From: Thermoplasmata archaeon | GTDB taxonomy: Archaea; Thermoplasmatota; Thermoplasmata; RBG-16-68-12; JAFNFQ01 | Direction: 5' to 3' | NCBI GenBank assembly: GCA_041489255.1 | Contig: JBGPQV010000001.1 | Span: 128,001 to 192,000 of the forward strand | DNA length: 64,000 nt | Shown here: piece by piece, positions 45,010 through 56,432 of the stretch | How positions within the stretch are numbered: position 1 is the stretch's first letter | Layout: each line of letters begins with the position of its first letter | The notes under the pieces: model-generated | What the model was told of the DNA's origin: nothing | Seen by the model: the letters and a program-made list of their open reading frames with translations, nothing else | Database searches by the model: none | Translations under genes and position numbers: made by a program

Positions 45010-48000
45010 TTGTTCTTTTCGAGTTTGAGAATGGGTTGTTCCACACTTGTGCCAAAATGGGGATATAAGCACGCCTCAATCGGTCTATGGGGAAGCCGCA
45101 ATCATTTCACCAGTGATTGCAGCAGAGGAGTGGCGACTCAGGTCGTCTCTTCGCCCTGGGTGAGTGGAGCATTGGTAAAAATCGGAGCCAAGACAGTGCG
45201 GCAGGTCCTCTCCCGCCGCGTGACGAGTGCCATAGTTGCGACTGCAATACTTGCGAGTGCATTCACGGCACTGGCGATAACCCAGAACCAGAACGCACCG
45301 CAATCTAGCCCGCCAGGGAGCCTCCCGACGGCGATAATAGTCTCGCCTTGGGCGGTACTCGATCCCTCGACGAGCGCCAACGACAAAGATGGATTCCCGC
45401 CGACACAATCCCAAGCGGACCCGGAGGAGGCTTTCCTTTTGGGGAAGATAACCACCACCGAGGTCATATACAGCCCATCCGCCACGGTGCTTGACTACAA
45501 TTACGACAGCGTCAATGACCTGATCGTGGACGATGATACACCGAGGAATCTGGACGCGCTTGACGGGTTGAACGATGGCCAGCTGGCTGTCGGCACCTAC
45601 TATATCTATTGGAATCTGAACAAGACCGGCTATGTCCCGGTAAACACCACGCCCGGTTCCGACTACAACGGCTCGAACTCCGCTTCGCTCTCACTCGTGA
45701 ACGACATGGAGCAGTTCCAGCTGCAGCTGAATTTCAGCACGACCGAGGGCGGTTCAATGCAGACCATCACTTCCGACCTCTATACAATCGAGATGGGAAA
45801 GACATCGTCCATCGGGCAGAACGACCTCGACTGGATCGACACGGAGCCCAAGGTTGTGATTGCGGAGACTGGGGATTTATTCCACGTGCGCAGCAAGTAC
45901 CAGCAATCCAGCGCACAGGGTCTGGATTGGTTCATACTCCAGTGCTATTTCAATGGAGTCAGCATCAGGATGAGATCGGTTTCCATGTATTTCTATGACA
46001 ATTTCGATCCAGGCAGCATAGTCAATGGGGTTCCTCCTGGCTACAGCAAGTACTGGACTGACAAGCAGCAGTACACCGGCTCGGATCTTGGCGACACCAC
46101 CAACAAGGACTTCTGGGTGACAGACTACACGTTCGAAGTGAGGGAGAAAGGTTTCAGTGAAGTCATTCCCTACATACAGACGAAGAAGGGCGGTGACACT
46201 TGGAAGGTCGACACCGGATACAGGAACTTCCAGAGCCACGTGCCTGGGGGAGTCAACCCGGCGGTCCTCGACATCTCGAAGTACTTCTCCGAGAGCTTTC
46301 CGGGCGGAGTCGTGAGCGGCCCCAACCCGCCAATTGTTGGCGAGACCACCGTCTACGAGATTAGCATCAATGTCGCCAACACGGGTGCGGACACCGCAAC
46401 CAACGTTGTCGTGACTGACACGGCGCAGCTCAGCGACGTCACTTGGCTCGGCATATACACCGTCAGCCAAGGATCGCTGTCTTTCAACCCATTCACCGGC
46501 AAGATTACGTGGAGCGTCGGGATGTTGGCACCGAATGCGAGCGCGACCCTGGACTATCAGGTGTCCGTGCTCCCAGGACCCGAGAAGGCGGGTCAGACCA
46601 TCATGCTCAATGCCGGCGCCTACGCGACAGGGAAGAGCAAGACATCAGGCACGACAATCTCCGATGGCCCCACGCCGCCGCTCTACACTGAGCCTGTTGT
46701 TGGCCTCCCTCAATTGACCTTCACCAAGACCGCCGACCAGGATACGGCCGATCCTGGCGACCAAATCACCTACACCCTGCACTATGCAAACACTGGCAGC
46801 AGCATTGCTTATGACGTGGAAATCCAAGACACCATCCCCGATCACGCGACCTACGTTAGCTCCTCCCCACCGTACAGCACCGTCAGCGGGAAGGTTTACA
46901 CGTGGAACATCGGCGACGTCAACGCAGGTGCATCAGGAGAAGTGACCATTACCGTCCAGGTCGACGCTGGGACGCCCGACGGCACCGTGCTGGCCAACCT
47001 TGGCACCGTGAAGTACAATGGCCCCGGTGGCCCTGAACCGCCAGTCGACGATTGGAAGAATATCACGGTGACCGCGCCGGTCATATCTTTCAGCAAGACC
47101 GCAGATGTCACGACGGCGGACCCCGGAGACCTCATCATCTATACTCTTGCATATCACAATGCCGGGAACGGCACTGCGACGGGCGTCGTCATTGTCGACA
47201 CGATCCCCGAATACACCACATTCATCTCCTCAACCCCGTCACCGAACAGCGTCAACGGACGCATCTACACATACGATATCGGTTCGGTTCCCGCTGAGAC
47301 GAGCGGCACCGTGGTGATAACGGTGATAGTGAACGCGGGCACCCCTGACGGCACAATCTTGGAAAACGTGGCGGTGATGAACTACGACGATGCGAACGGC
47401 AATCCATATCCAGAGGAACCGGGCACCGCGACCACGACTGTCACCGCGCCTGTCATGACATTCGACAAGAGTGCCGATGTCGCGACTGCGAACCCCGGAG
47501 ACCAGATAACCTACACTCTGAGCTATCACAATACCGGCAGCGGCACAGCGACCGGAGTCGTGATTCAAGACACCATTCCAGAGCATGTGACCTTCATCTC
47601 GTCCACACCGTCCCCGAGCAGCATCAGCGGACGCGTGTATACCTATAGCATCGGCTCGGTCGCTGGCGGAGCCAGTGGCACAGTCACCATAGTGGTGAAG
47701 GTAAACGCCTTCGTGCCAGACGGCACCCAGCTGGTCAATGTGGCCACATTCAACTACGATGATGCAAACGGCAACCCCTACCCGGAGAAGTCAGACAGTG
47801 CGACCACGACTGTTATCGCACCCGTGATGACCTTCACGAAGACCGCGAGTGCCGAATATGCGGACCCGGGTGACGAGGTCACGTACACTTTGGCTTATGA
47901 AAACACAGGGACAGGCTGGGCAACCGAAGTGGTTGTGACTGATACGATTCCTGACCACGTGACCTATGTCAGTTCCTCACCCGGATACGACTCCGTGAGT

Positions 48001-51000
48001 GGCAGGACATACACTTGGATTGTAGGCGATGTCGGCCCGGGCGATGACGGGACCATCACAATAACGGTTGAGATCAACGCGGGGACGCCTGATCAGACCG
48101 GGCTCACCGACCATGCGACTCTCGATTATGCGGACGCGAACGGCAACATCTATCCGCAGATGACCGACTGCGCGACCACGACAGTCACCGCGCCGGTGAT
48201 GACTTTCACGAAGAGTGCAGATGTCAGCGAAGCAGATCCTGGCGACATCGTCACTTACACACTGCATTACAAGAACACAGGGACGGGAGTTGCCACAGGT
48301 GTGGTCGTCAAGGATACGATTTCATCCTATACGACCTTCTATGATGCGAACCCGTGGTACAGCAGCGTCAACGGGCGCACCTACACGTGGAATGTGGGGA
48401 CAGTCCCTGCCGGGGCTGAGGGGAACATTGCCCTCAAGGTGAAAGTGAACGCTGGTATTCCAGACGGCACCCAGATTCTCAACACAGCTACGCTTGACTA
48501 TGATGACGCAAACGGGAATCCGGACAACCAGCTGTCGGACGATGTGACCGTGACTGTCACAGCCCCTGTCATGTCTTTCAACAAGGCGGCGGATGTCCAG
48601 TACGCCGATCCTGGCGACACGATCACCTATACGCTGACCTATAGCAACGATGGAACTGGATGGGCTACCGGGGTGGTTGTAAGCGACACGATCCCTGAGC
48701 ACGTCACGTTCCAGACCGCCAATCCATGGTACACGAGCGTCAGCGGCATGACATATTCGTGGGACATTGGTGATGTCGCGCCTGAAAGCTCAGGCACGAT
48801 AACGATCGCCGTCAAAGTCGACATAGGAGTCACTGACCGGGCCATCCTCACGAACACCGCCACGCTCGACCACGATGACGCGAACGGGAACCCCGGCAGC
48901 CAGCTCTCTGACTGCGCGTCCACGACCGTGACCGCCCCCGTCATGACGTTCAGCAAGTCGTCCGACGTGGCATTCGCGGACCCCGGCGACTACATACAGT
49001 ACACCCTGACGTACGAGAACATCGGGACGGGAGAGGCGACCGGCGTAATCGTGAAGGACACGATACCTGATGGTGTCGCATTCATATCATCGTCGCCATC
49101 CTACGATGTCGTGAACGGCAAGACTTACGAGTGGGACATCGGGACGGTTGACGCTGGGGTCACCGGCACGATAACGATCACCGTTCAGGTGGACGTTGGA
49201 ATGGCCGACGAGACCGCGCTGACCAATGTCGCGACCTTCGACTATGCCGACGCAAACGGGAATCACTACTCGCAGATGAGCGATGACGCGACCACAGCCG
49301 TGACCGCGCCTGTGATGTCGTTCTCGAAGGAGGCCGACGTCGAATTGGCCAACCCCGGCGATACCGTGACGTACACTCTCACCTACAAGAACACGGGCAC
49401 CGGCATGGCGAGTCTCGTCGTCCTCGTGGACTACCTGCCCACGCATATGACATTCTCTGATGCGACGCCCTACCCAGACTCGATATCGGGAAACACGATA
49501 ACCTGGGACATTGGCGACGTCGCCCCCGGCGCGACCGAGACGGTCGTATTGCGGGCGACTGTGGACGCTGGGACGCCGGATGGATCCCTCCTCCACAACG
49601 TGGCGACGTTCGACTATGCGGACGCCAACGGCAACTCCTACCCGCAGCTGAGCGATTCCTTTGACGTCGAGACGAGTGCGCCTGTCATGAGTTTCATGAA
49701 GAGCGCCGATGTCACCACGGCCGATCCGGGAGACCAGATCGTCTACACGTTGCATTACGAGAACAGCGGCAGCGGCGCGGCGACCTCGGTCGTTATCATG
49801 GATACCCTGCCTGAGCACGTGGCGTTCGTCACGGCGAGCCCATACCCCGACTCCATCTCAGGCAGGGTCCTGACATGGGATGTCGGGACCGTCGGAGCGC
49901 ACACGTCCGGCGACATCACAATCACCGTGACGGTCGACATCGGCACCCCGGATGGCACATTCCTGGTCAACACCGCCACGCTCAACTACGACGACGTGAA
50001 CGGGAATGAGTACGAGCAGTTGCCGGGCGAGGCCCAGGTCACCGTCACCGCGCCAATCCTCCACGTCAACAAGGTCGCGGACGTGACCGAGGCGGACCCG
50101 GGTGACTACATCACCTACACCATCACGTACTACGACAGCGGGAGCGGCATCGCGACAGGCGTCGTGATCACCGACACCATCCCCGAGCATGTCACGTTCG
50201 TGAGCTCGACGCCCTCATATGACCAGGTGAACGGAAGGACGTATGAGTGGGACATCGGGACAGTTCTCGGCAACGGGAACGGCGGGAGCATAATCATCGT
50301 CGTGCAGATCGAAGCTGGCACACCCGATGCGACCCTGCTGCACAACGCTGCAACGCTGGACTATGCTGACGCGAACGGCAACTGTTACAATCAGCTGAGC
50401 GATGATGCGGACACAACCGTCACCGCCCCGGTCGTTGACCTGACGAAGACCGCTGATGTCGAATACGCCGACCCCGGCGATCAGATCACTTACACAGTCA
50501 CATTCACGAACTCCGGTAGCGGGAGCGCGACAGACATCTACATATCCGACACAATCCCGGAGCATGTTGCCTTCATCTCGTCGAATCTGGAGTATTCGAG
50601 CGTGAGCGGCAGGACATACACCTGGTACCGAGGATCCCTCGGTCCGGGTGAGAGCATCACGATTATCATCGTGGTGGAAGTCGACGCGTATACACCCGAC
50701 CAGACGCTGCTGCACAACTCTGCGACGGCAGACTACGACGATGACAACGGAAACCCGTACCCGCAGCTCGTTGCCTACGCGGATGTCGTTTGCACCGCGC
50801 CCGACTTCACCTTCTACAAGGTGGCCGATGTCGACAACGCGGACCCGGGAGACGAGATCACATACACGCTCGACTGGCAAAACTTCGGAACAGGATGGGC
50901 CTCAGGAGTCGTGATACAGGATACTCTGCCGAACGGTGCGCAGTTCGTTTCCTCTTCCCCGACCTATACCGACGTGAACGGCAACGTCTACACATGGGAC

Positions 51001-53202
51001 TTGGGGGATGTGGGGCCGGGCGAGTATGGCCAGATAATCATAACGGTGAGTGTTGAAGTTGGCCTGCCCGACAAGACGATATTGCACAACGTTGCCATCG
51101 TTGAATACGCAGATGCGAACGGGAACGTCTACCCGCCGATCAGCGACTACGCAGATGTTCAGGTCACAGCGCCCGTCCTCAGCTTTGAGAAGATCGGCGA
51201 CATGACGACCGCAAACCCCGGCGACCATATCACATATCAACTATGCTACGAGAACAGCGGCACAGGCACGGCGACAGGCGTCGTCGTGAGCGACTCGATG
51301 CCCAACCACGTGACATTCTACGACTCCACTCCATTGCCAGATGACCAGATCGGCGCGACACTGTATTGGTACATCGGCAACGTCGGCGGCGGTGGTGGCG
51401 GCTGCATATCTCTCGTCGTGCAAGTCGAGCCCGGCACCGCTGATAGGACCCTCCTGCACAACACTGCCGATCTCAGCTATTCCGACGCCAATGGCAACCA
51501 GTACCCGCAGATGGGCGGCTATTGGGATGTCCGTGTAACCGCACCAGTGATGACCTTTGCCAAGTCCGTAGATGTCGACAAAGCGGATCCCGGCGACTAC
51601 ATCACCTACTCCCTGTACTACGAGAACACCGGAACTGGATACGCGAGCGGGGTGATTATTGCGGACACTCTGCCCGCAGACGTCACCCTCATCTCTACCT
51701 CGATCGAGCCGACCTCGATAATCGGACAGGACTTGACCTGGGACATCGGGACCGTTGCGCCGTCGACCAGCCTGAGCATCACGGTCGTCGTCATGGTCAA
51801 CGTGGGCACGGCGGACCAGACGCCGCTGCACAATGCCGCGACGCTCGACTATTCCGACGCCAATGGGAACTTCGTCGAGCAGTTGAACGGATACGCGGAT
51901 TCGGCTGTCACGGCTCCTGTGATGACCCTCAAGAAGACCGCGGGGAACATCACATACGGGGCGTTCGTTTGGGCGAACTTCACGATCCGGATAGCGGGCG
52001 AGAAGTGGCACGATGTTCGCCTTTCACTCTACGATGGCAGCGTGTGGACAGAGGTAGCTTCAGTCACGCGATATCCTGGCTCGCCAGACGATCAATCTGT
52101 AACGGTGTACAACGTCAGGGTATACGTTCTCAAGCCGTTCGCGGCCCGAATCATATACACGCCGATAGATGACCCGATAAACGGACAATGGTGGGGTGAC
52201 GACCCCTGCTGGCTCATCCTTACCTTCAGGGACGGAGACACCAAGAGACTATTCCACAACTTCAATGTGAGGCACGAGGACACCTGGATATGGGAAATCC
52301 CCGACTTCCTACCGTACGTCAAGAACGAACCGATCACGTTTGACGCCACAATCCCATACACGATCTTCTACGAGAACATCGGGACCGGCGACGCCACCAA
52401 TGTGGTCCTCAGCGACATCCTGCCGGCAGGCGCGATGGTGCTGAATTCAAGCCCAGCTTATGATTCGTGCAGCAACGATGCGTGCATGTGGTACATCGGA
52501 TATGTCGCTGCCGGAGGAATGGGTTTCATGTTCATGAATATCAGCTACGTCTTCGAGGTCAACGACACAGTGGTGACCAACAAGGTTACACTGGACTACT
52601 CGGACGCCAACGGCAACTTCATCGAACAACTGCAGACCTTCATCGATTCCGTCCTCGTAGCCCCTGAAATCGACGGCATCAAGGACATCAACCCGATCAA
52701 TGACGACCTAAATGCCGCTCCCGGCACTGTACCAGCCAATCCAGAAGTCGAACCCATTAACGGAGCACTCCTGAAACCAACGCCGGCGGTGAGCCCGCGC
52801 AGCGAGCCGCCCAAGCCAATCAGTGACGGCAGTCTGATTCAGACTGGCTTCGGCGACGGCGGCATCCAGTATCGCGACGTCGGAGCGGCACGCCACATCC
52901 TGAACCCAACAATCTCCACCTCGCTCGACACACCAAGCGAATGCACGGATGAGAGCGCCAAGTCTCTTCCGGATGAACCGCAATCGGACACCGCTGGCAC
53001 GCGGGAAATAACGGTTGATGATAAGGTCCAACCCGCAATCGACGCGAAAGCTTCCTTGAACGCGATGGAATCTGATCCGGCTGAGGTTACGATCTCACCT
53101 GCCTCTGCCGATCCGGCATCCTTACCGACATCAAGCTCGACCCCACAAGCCTGCGCCTTCGCAATCACGGGAAGATCGGCTTGGGGGAGAGACGGAGAGT
53201 AG
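45010..53202 (+). CDS. Giant secreted protein with 16 DUF11-like Ig repeats (true start probably ~45130-45200)
   Basis: Signal-like RRVTSAIVATAILASAF, tandem ~120-aa repeats K.ADV..ADPGD..TYTL.Y.N.G...A..VV..DTIP...N.AT..Y.DANGN. Confidence 0.88.
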   Translation: MFFSSLRMGCSTLVPKWGYKHASIGLWGSRNHFTSDCSRGVATQVVSSPWVSGALVKIGAKTVRQVLSRRVTSAIVATAILASAFTALAITQNQNAPQSSPPGSLPTAIIVSPWAVLDPSTSANDKDGFPPTQSQADPEEAFLLGKITTTEVIYSPSATVLDYNYDSVNDLIVDDDTPRNLDALDGLNDGQLAVGTYYIYWNLNKTGYVPVNTTPGSDYNGSNSASLSLVNDMEQFQLQLNFSTTEGGSMQTITSDLYTIEMGKTSSIGQNDLDWIDTEPKVVIAETGDLFHVRSKYQQSSAQGLDWFILQCYFNGVSIRMRSVSMYFYDNFDPGSIVNGVPPGYSKYWTDKQQYTGSDLGDTTNKDFWVTDYTFEVREKGFSEVIPYIQTKKGGDTWKVDTGYRNFQSHVPGGVNPAVLDISKYFSESFPGGVVSGPNPPIVGETTVYEISINVANTGADTATNVVVTDTAQLSDVTWLGIYTVSQGSLSFNPFTGKITWSVGMLAPNASATLDYQVSVLPGPEKAGQTIMLNAGAYATGKSKTSGTTISDGPTPPLYTEPVVGLPQLTFTKTADQDTADPGDQITYTLHYANTGSSIAYDVEIQDTIPDHATYVSSSPPYSTVSGKVYTWNIGDVNAGASGEVTITVQVDAGTPDGTVLANLGTVKYNGPGGPEPPVDDWKNITVTAPVISFSKTADVTTADPGDLIIYTLAYHNAGNGTATGVVIVDTIPEYTTFISSTPSPNSVNGRIYTYDIGSVPAETSGTVVITVIVNAGTPDGTILENVAVMNYDDANGNPYPEEPGTATTTVTAPVMTFDKSADVATANPGDQITYTLSYHNTGSGTATGVVIQDTIPEHVTFISSTPSPSSISGRVYTYSIGSVAGGASGTVTIVVKVNAFVPDGTQLVNVATFNYDDANGNPYPEKSDSATTTVIAPVMTFTKTASAEYADPGDEVTYTLAYENTGTGWATEVVVTDTIPDHVTYVSSSPGYDSVSGRTYTWIVGDVGPGDDGTITITVEINAGTPDQTGLTDHATLDYADANGNIYPQMTDCATTTVTAPVMTFTKSADVSEADPGDIVTYTLHYKNTGTGVATGVVVKDTISSYTTFYDANPWYSSVNGRTYTWNVGTVPAGAEGNIALKVKVNAGIPDGTQILNTATLDYDDANGNPDNQLSDDVTVTVTAPVMSFNKAADVQYADPGDTITYTLTYSNDGTGWATGVVVSDTIPEHVTFQTANPWYTSVSGMTYSWDIGDVAPESSGTITIAVKVDIGVTDRAILTNTATLDHDDANGNPGSQLSDCASTTVTAPVMTFSKSSDVAFADPGDYIQYTLTYENIGTGEATGVIVKDTIPDGVAFISSSPSYDVVNGKTYEWDIGTVDAGVTGTITITVQVDVGMADETALTNVATFDYADANGNHYSQMSDDATTAVTAPVMSFSKEADVELANPGDTVTYTLTYKNTGTGMASLVVLVDYLPTHMTFSDATPYPDSISGNTITWDIGDVAPGATETVVLRATVDAGTPDGSLLHNVATFDYADANGNSYPQLSDSFDVETSAPVMSFMKSADVTTADPGDQIVYTLHYENSGSGAATSVVIMDTLPEHVAFVTASPYPDSISGRVLTWDVGTVGAHTSGDITITVTVDIGTPDGTFLVNTATLNYDDVNGNEYEQLPGEAQVTVTAPILHVNKVADVTEADPGDYITYTITYYDSGSGIATGVVITDTIPEHVTFVSSTPSYDQVNGRTYEWDIGTVLGNGNGGSIIIVVQIEAGTPDATLLHNAATLDYADANGNCYNQLSDDADTTVTAPVVDLTKTADVEYADPGDQITYTVTFTNSGSGSATDIYISDTIPEHVAFISSNLEYSSVSGRTYTWYRGSLGPGESITIIIVVEVDAYTPDQTLLHNSATADYDDDNGNPYPQLVAYADVVCTAPDFTFYKVADVDNADPGDEITYTLDWQNFGTGWASGVVIQDTLPNGAQFVSSSPTYTDVNGNVYTWDLGDVGPGEYGQIIITVSVEVGLPDKTILHNVAIVEYADANGNVYPPISDYADVQVTAPVLSFEKIGDMTTANPGDHITYQLCYENSGTGTATGVVVSDSMPNHVTFYDSTPLPDDQIGATLYWYIGNVGGGGGGCISLVVQVEPGTADRTLLHNTADLSYSDANGNQYPQMGGYWDVRVTAPVMTFAKSVDVDKADPGDYITYSLYYENTGTGYASGVIIADTLPADVTLISTSIEPTSIIGQDLTWDIGTVAPSTSLSITVVVMVNVGTADQTPLHNAATLDYSDANGNFVEQLNGYADSAVTAPVMTLKKTAGNITYGAFVWANFTIRIAGEKWHDVRLSLYDGSVWTEVASVTRYPGSPDDQSVTVYNVRVYVLKPFAARIIYTPIDDPINGQWWGDDPCWLILTFRDGDTKRLFHNFNVRHEDTWIWEIPDFLPYVKNEPITFDATIPYTIFYENIGTGDATNVVLSDILPAGAMVLNSSPAYDSCSNDACMWYIGYVAAGGMGFMFMNISYVFEVNDTVVTNKVTLDYSDANGNFIEQLQTFIDSVLVAPEIDGIKDINPINDDLNAAPGTVPANPEVEPINGALLKPTPAVSPRSEPPKPISDGSLIQTGFGDGGIQYRDVGAARHILNPTISTSLDTPSECTDESAKSLPDEPQSDTAGTREITVDDKVQPAIDAKASLNAMESDPAEVTISPASADPASLPTSSSTPQACAFAITGRSAWGRDGE

Positions 53203-53217
53203 ACCTCCCTCTCTCTC

Positions 53218-56200
53218 CTATTCTTTCCTTGGCTTCCTGCCCAGCCTGCCCGCGTCGTCGCTCCTGCGAACCCTTTGCAGGAAGCGTGGAGCCCACCAGT
53301 TGTACTTCCCCGCCAAAACCATGATCGCCGGGACCAGGTAGATCCGCACGACCATCGAATCTATGAGCACGACGACGCCGAGAGCGAAACCCATCTCCTG
53401 CAGCAGGGGCAAGTGAGAGAGCATGAGGCTGAAGAATGCACCCGCCATGATGATGCCGCAGGCGCTGACTATCCCGCCGGTCCTCGATATGGAGGTCAGT
53501 ATGGCCTGCTTGTCCGTCTTGCCCTTGCTGACTTCCTCCCGAACTCTCGTGATTATGAAGATGTCATAGTCCATGCCGAGGCCCATGGCCAGCACGAAGA
53601 TGATCAGAGGCAGGACGAATACCATGTCCAAGCCCTTCCAGAGTTTGAAGACGATGATCGTGATGGCAAGGGTCCATGTGATGCTCAGCAGGATGGTGAG
53701 TATCGCCCTCAGCGGGATCAGAAGGGATCCGAGGACTATCATTAATATGATGAATAGGCCGATCCCCACGACGATTGCCATAACCTGGAGGTCCTGGTTG
53801 GTGCTGACGGCGACATCGCGGATTATGGCGGTGGCGCCTCCGATGTAGATCTGGCTCGACGCCAGGATCGGGTCGCTCCCCCGTATTCGTGCCACATCGC
53901 TTGCCACCTTGTCAATCGCGCCGACGGCATCCTCCGAGAATACCGTCGCGCTCAGCATGACGTATATCCTGGCCGTTCGATTGTCAAGGCCGACGTAGGG
54001 TCTGACGGACGTGATCAGTTGCTGCTTCTCCGCCGTAGAGAGCAACGCCCAATTCTTGTACGGGAGGATGGCTCCCTCAGGATTCACTGGTCCCTGAGTC
54101 GACTTCACTCCGAAGTTGTCATTCTGTACGCCCACCGTCAAGTTCTCCAAGGCGTACATCTTGGGAATCGACAGGTCGCCGCTTGCTGTGATTATCTCGT
54201 CGGGGAACCTGATCACGATGTAGCTTTTGTAGAAGTAACTCGCGCCGAAGGCGTTCGACATCGCGTCGAGTCCCTCGGAGCTCTCTGTTGCCGGAACCCC
54301 CGCCATGAAGTCGTATGAAGGCGGCTGCGTGACGACGAGGAATGTCGCCGGTATGGAGATGAGGATGGCGAAGAGGACGATGACCTCCGCGTTCCTCATG
54401 GAGAATCTCGCAGAGGCGGCGAAATACTTCCTGGAGAGGCTCTTGACTTTCTTGTTGCCTTTCTTGAATTGTCTCATCTTTCGGTTGTGCGGCCAGAAGA
54501 CCTTGTTGCCCACGAGCAGCACGAGCGAAGGTATCAGAGTTATGGAGAGGATAATCGCCACGGTGATGGCGAACCCCATCGAAATCCCCATGGTCTTCAC
54601 GACCGGGAAGCTGGCGAGGCCCAGGGCTGCGAAGCTGAGCAGAACCGCCCCGCCGCTGGTCGCGATGCTCTCTCCCGCCCACGTAACTGACTGCCTCACC
54701 GCCTCCTCGCGGCTCTTCCCGTCGAGCCTCTCGTCCCTGTACCTGGAGATCAGGAATATGGAGTAGTCCGTCCCCGCCGCCAGCAATATCGTCTGCAGGA
54801 CTGCGGGCGTGGTGAAGTCAATCGTGAAGAAGTGGGTGCCCAACATGTAGATGAACAGATTGCTGATGAAAATCGCGATGCCTATCGTGGCCACCGGAAC
54901 CGTCCAGGCGACTATCGACCGGAAGTAGAGGCCTATGAGGAGGATGACGAGCACGAGGGTCACGATGAACTCCGCTCCTCCCGAGAAGACGAGGCCTTGG
55001 TCGACTGAAGAGGCGGCTGAGCCAGTGACGTAGACACTGAATGTGACGCCAGTCTTTTCCTTGATCTCGCGGATCAGATCTCTGACGACCGCAACATTGC
55101 GTTCGATTGGGAGGGCGCCGTCATCCTCCTCGAAGTCGTCCGGTTCGCTGAAGCTGTAGCTCATCAGCATTATGGTGCGGTCAGGGCTGAAGAAGAAGGG
55201 GGATGGATCATACGGCAGGTGCAGGAGGCTCTCCAACTGGGCGAGGCTGTGCGCCCTGGTGAATGTCCTCGCGAATCCGAGAGTCTCATTGAAGGTGGCG
55301 TCGGCGGGCAGCGAGGTGTATACCTCCTGGAAGAAGGCCGCGCTGGCCGTCGGGATAAACGACGCGAAGGCAGTGAAAGTGTAGTTCTCGATGAGAGGCA
55401 TCTGGGCGAAGTTGCCGAGGCGGAACACGCTGACGAATCCGACCTGCAACGCCTTGACCTCTGGCGGTAAGGGCGCCTGATCGAGGAAGGCCGGCAATGC
55501 ATCGCGTATTACCCCGTCACCGCGCTGCTCAGGAGTCGCCCCGGTGTAGATCGGCTGGAAGAATGAAGCGCTCCAGTTGTCCGCGAAGGCTTGGAAGTAA
55601 TCTGAAGCGAGAGTCTGCTGCGAGGGTGGCACCGATGCCTGGATGTACCCCGTCGTGAGGCTGTGCGCCATGGAGTTGTTTGCCACCGTCCCGCCAAGCG
55701 CGGTCCATGTTGACACATAGTAGAACGGGATTCCATAATAGAGCCCGAGAAGACCCTGCACGTAGGTGACGTTTTCATGCAACGGCCAAGCGAGATTCTG
55801 ACCCAGGGAGAAGGCCATCGAGCGATAGATGCTGTAGATCGTCGACTGGCTCGGGTCGAGCATGTACCTGACAGGCTCGTCCAACGTTATCTGCTGGCCA
55901 CCCGTGAGGTTGTAGTTTAGCCTCTGGCCGGGGCTTATGTATTGCGATGCGGCGATGGCGTCATCGAGGTCGGAAGCGAAGATTCGGACATCGTCGCTTG
56001 TCGCATCAGGGGCGACTATGACCACGGCCAATGTGCTCTTGGCGGTGCCGGTGGGGAACTGCTCCGCGACAATCCTATCCGCTTCTGCGGATTCCGTATC
56101 CTTCGGGAGGAAACCTTGCACGGAGTAAGAGGTTATGTCATCGAGCTTCCAGAATTGATTGGCGACGATTGCCGCGGCGAACATGATGACCCAGAAAATC

Positions 56201-56253
56201 ACGATCGCCTTGTGATGTTTGACCACGAAATCGGCGATGCGCGCAAAAATCAT
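53218..56253 (-). CDS. MMPL-family (RND superfamily) transporter
   Basis: Two membrane halves with GTDYSIFLISRYRDE and GLGMDYDIFIITRVREE, each preceded by a large extracytoplasmic loop. Confidence 0.92.
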   Translation of the reverse strand: MIFARIADFVVKHHKAIVIFWVIMFAAAIVANQFWKLDDITSYSVQGFLPKDTESAEADRIVAEQFPTGTAKSTLAVVIVAPDATSDDVRIFASDLDDAIAASQYISPGQRLNYNLTGGQQITLDEPVRYMLDPSQSTIYSIYRSMAFSLGQNLAWPLHENVTYVQGLLGLYYGIPFYYVSTWTALGGTVANNSMAHSLTTGYIQASVPPSQQTLASDYFQAFADNWSASFFQPIYTGATPEQRGDGVIRDALPAFLDQAPLPPEVKALQVGFVSVFRLGNFAQMPLIENYTFTAFASFIPTASAAFFQEVYTSLPADATFNETLGFARTFTRAHSLAQLESLLHLPYDPSPFFFSPDRTIMLMSYSFSEPDDFEEDDGALPIERNVAVVRDLIREIKEKTGVTFSVYVTGSAASSVDQGLVFSGGAEFIVTLVLVILLIGLYFRSIVAWTVPVATIGIAIFISNLFIYMLGTHFFTIDFTTPAVLQTILLAAGTDYSIFLISRYRDERLDGKSREEAVRQSVTWAGESIATSGGAVLLSFAALGLASFPVVKTMGISMGFAITVAIILSITLIPSLVLLVGNKVFWPHNRKMRQFKKGNKKVKSLSRKYFAASARFSMRNAEVIVLFAILISIPATFLVVTQPPSYDFMAGVPATESSEGLDAMSNAFGASYFYKSYIVIRFPDEIITASGDLSIPKMYALENLTVGVQNDNFGVKSTQGPVNPEGAILPYKNWALLSTAEKQQLITSVRPYVGLDNRTARIYVMLSATVFSEDAVGAIDKVASDVARIRGSDPILASSQIYIGGATAIIRDVAVSTNQDLQVMAIVVGIGLFIILMIVLGSLLIPLRAILTILLSITWTLAITIIVFKLWKGLDMVFVLPLIIFVLAMGLGMDYDIFIITRVREEVSKGKTDKQAILTSISRTGGIVSACGIIMAGAFFSLMLSHLPLLQEMGFALGVVVLIDSMVVRIYLVPAIMVLAGKYNWWAPRFLQRVRRSDDAGRLGRKPRKE

Positions 56254-56432
56254 CGTCTAGGCTCCTGTTCGTGCGTTTCGTCTCGACCGAAGCGGGAGTG
56301 ATGTATAGACCTTCCGTTTAGACCTCTTTTGCCTTCCCGGGCGGGCTTTTTGACTATGCCAGTCGGTCGCGTACGTAGGCAAGGCTTATTAAGCCACCAG
56401 GGAATAAACTCTCATTCGTTAGGGGACTAAGG

